NCBI GenBank assembly: GCA_963667465.2
Contig: CAXXDN010000002.1
Span: 768,001-832,000, forward strand
Source of the DNA: Dehalococcoidia bacterium
Lineage (GTDB): Bacteria > Chloroflexota > Dehalococcoidia > UBA2979
Direction: 5' to 3'
Length of the DNA stretch: 64,000 nucleotides
A program made the translations under genes and the position numbers. Under the pieces are notes generated by a model. The model was not told the origin of the DNA. It saw nothing but the letters and a program-made list of their open reading frames with translations, and did no database searches. This document shows positions 27,001 through 30,000 of this stretch, one piece after another (position 1 is the stretch's first letter; every line of letters begins with the position of its first letter).

Positions 27001-30000
27001 TGCGGCGCAGCGTGAGCGTGACGGGCGTGTCGACGGTCGTTGAGTAGTGGCTCCCCGTCTTGCCGCCGCTGCCCTCCGGGATGCCGTCCTGGATGTAGCG
27101 CAGCGTCTCGTCGCTCAACCAGATGCGCAATGCGTTCGGGTCCTCGATGTACCCGCGGGCGGTGTCCCGCTCGAACCGCACCTTCGCCGGGTCTCCGCTG
27201 AGCTTCACCAGGAAGTACTCGGTCCCCTCGCCGCGGGTGTCTTCCTTGATGCCCACCGAGATGGTCTTCGCCGTTTCACCGGGCGCGAAGGTGAGGCTGG
27301 CGTTGCTGACCGGCGTGAAGTCGTCCCGGCCCCACGTCGACTCTCCCCCCGCCTGCGCCGCCTCGAAGCCGCTGCCCACCGCCTCGACGGTCGACCACTG
27401 GACGGTGACGGGTACCGACTGCGCCCGCCTCAGCCGCACCGTGAACTGCGCCGCCGCGCCGCTCGCCTCCGCCACGGGCGCCGCGTCCTCGATGGTCACG
27501 CTCGCCTGATCGTCATCGTCGAGGATCTGCCCCGTGGCGCTGAGCGTCCCGCTCTTCGCCTCCGGCGCCTGCGAGAGCACGACGCGAAGGGTTTCCGTGC
27601 CCTCCTTCGCCTCGTCGTTGAGCGTCTTGACGGTGATCCGGGCGGGCACCTTGCCTCCGCTCCAGGTGTCGAAGGTGTTGGCGTATCTCGGGAACGTGAG
27701 CGTCTGCGGCAGGGCTGCCTCGTAGTCCCCCTCGGCGGCGATGGCGCTGCCGTCCTCGGTGTGCCACTGCACGGTCACGTTCTTCTGCGAGGGGGCGGAG
27801 AGCGTCGCGGTGAAGGTCAGGTCGCCGCCCTCGGTCACGGCGGTGGCGTCGCTGATGCTGAGCGTCGGGCGCGCGTCGTTGTCGCGGATGATGCCGACGG
27901 CCAAATTCTCATCGATCTGCATGCCCGATGAATCGGTGATGTAGACGATGAACCGTTCGGCCCACTCGTCGATGCCGTCGTCCACTGTCGCCAGCGAGAA
28001 CCGGGGAGCGGATGTTTCGCCCGCCGGGATGGTCATGGACTTCCCGGCCTCCGGCAGGGCCGTGTAATCCCTGTCCGATTGCAGGCTGGAGGCGGCAAAC
28101 TCGTTGGTGAGCTTGCGATACCCCAACCCCGGCTGGAAGTCATCCGATGGATCGAAGAGCGGATCCTTGCTCTTGATGGTGACGGTGATGTCCCTGCCCA
28201 CCGGCTCGCTGAGGCGCGCCTCGAAGAGCTGCGGCATGCCCTCCACCTGCCCCTCGGGGTAGACGGGCACGATGGACACCGAGGGGCCATCGAGGACCTC
28301 AACCGACGGCGCCTTGATGCTCGCCGTGAAGGCGTGCAGGGTGAAGTCGCTCCCGAAGAGCTCCCGTTCCTCCTTCGCGCCGGCGCCGCCCCCCAGGATG
28401 ATGTTGGCGACGCTGACCGAGAACTTCTCGGTACCCTCGCCGCTCACGCCGTCCTCGATGGTCGGGATGGCGATGGTCGCCTCCGTCGCGCCGGGCGGCA
28501 CGATGAACCTCCACCCGCCAGAGGCATAGTCCGACCCGGCCTTCGCGCTCTCGTCCCTGGCTAAGACCTGCACAACGAGCGAGCGCGAGATGGGGCGCGA
28601 GATGGGGCGCGAGAGGTGCAGCCGGTAGACGACGTTCTCGCCCTCCTGCACGCGCGGGTCGTCCAGCGTGATGCTCAGCTCCAGTTCATCGTCGTCGTCG
28701 CGGATGAAGCCTGTCCTGACGAGTTCGGAGCCGCCGTCGAACGTCACGGCGGCCTCGCCCATCACGGCGAACTTCAGCCGGAGCCACTCGTTCTCCTCCT
28801 CCGTGTAGTCGCCCGTGACCTGCACCTCGACGTACTTGCGCACCTCGCCCGGCTTGAACGTGACGGTGCCGGCCGCCGTGCTCGAGACGAAGTCGACGCC
28901 CGCCGTCGCGGCGTCGGGGTACTCATTGTTGGGCGCGGTCGTGTTGGACGTGTCCAGCGCGTAGGAGACCTGCACCTCCTTGTTGGTGGGGGTGTTCAGC
29001 CCGATCTCGAACCGCAGGTCTGGCGTCTCGCCCTCGTCCGCCTCGACGACGTACGCGTCCTTCGCGTAGAGCGCCGGCGGGTCGTCGTCGTCCGCGATCG
29101 TCACGTCCGTGTAGTAGAGGGTGACCGTGCCTGGCCTGGTGCTGGAGCCCTTCACCTTGAGCCCGCCGGCCCCTGCCTCCCAGACGATCTGGAAGCACTT
29201 GTCGGCGTTGTCGAGGGCGTCACCGATGGTGGTGATGGCGATCCGCTTCGTCTGCTCTCCGCTCCTCCACGTCAACGTCCGGGACGGGACAGGCACGTAG
29301 TCCAGATCGTGCTGAGCCATCTCGGCGCCACAGCTCCCGCCGACGCCTCCGCGCATGGCGTTGAAGGTGAGGGTCGCCGACTCCCCAACCTTGAGCTGGC
29401 GAGCAAGGCTCATCTCGACGACCACGTCTTCGCCCTCGATGACCGACAGCGCACTGGGCACGTTTACGTCGACCTGCTCCTTCGAGTGCAATTCAGCCGA
29501 GGCGAGGAGCTCAGAGCGTTCGCCAGCGTCTGCTTCAGGGAACATCAGGTCGCCGATGTCGGCGTCATCCAGCCAGAACCGCACCGTGAAGCGTTCCGCC
29601 TGCTCAACCAGGCCGTCGACGTGGGTGGCGAACTTGATCTCGTGCGTCTCCACGATGTCACCCGCCGGCATGACGAGTTCCATCTTCCCGGTCAGACGGC
29701 CGTTGGAGAGCGTCGTGGTGTAGGTGGGTTGATCATTCGCCGGGCGACCGCTGTCCTGGTCCGCCGTCTCCGAGGAGATGGACTTGAACTTGAAGTCCTC
29801 CCCTGTCTTGTATCCGGCGGCCTCGTTCGTGGGGCTGAAGGCGGCCGTCTCGGGTATCAGCTCCCAGCGCAGGACGCCCGACGATCGAGGGTTTGTGTAA
29901 GCCCCCTCTTCTCCCATGGGCTGCTTGGTGGTCGTCACAGTGAAGGTGATGTCGTCGCCCTCGCCGTTGTACGTGCTGGGCTTGATGGTGACGGTCGTCG

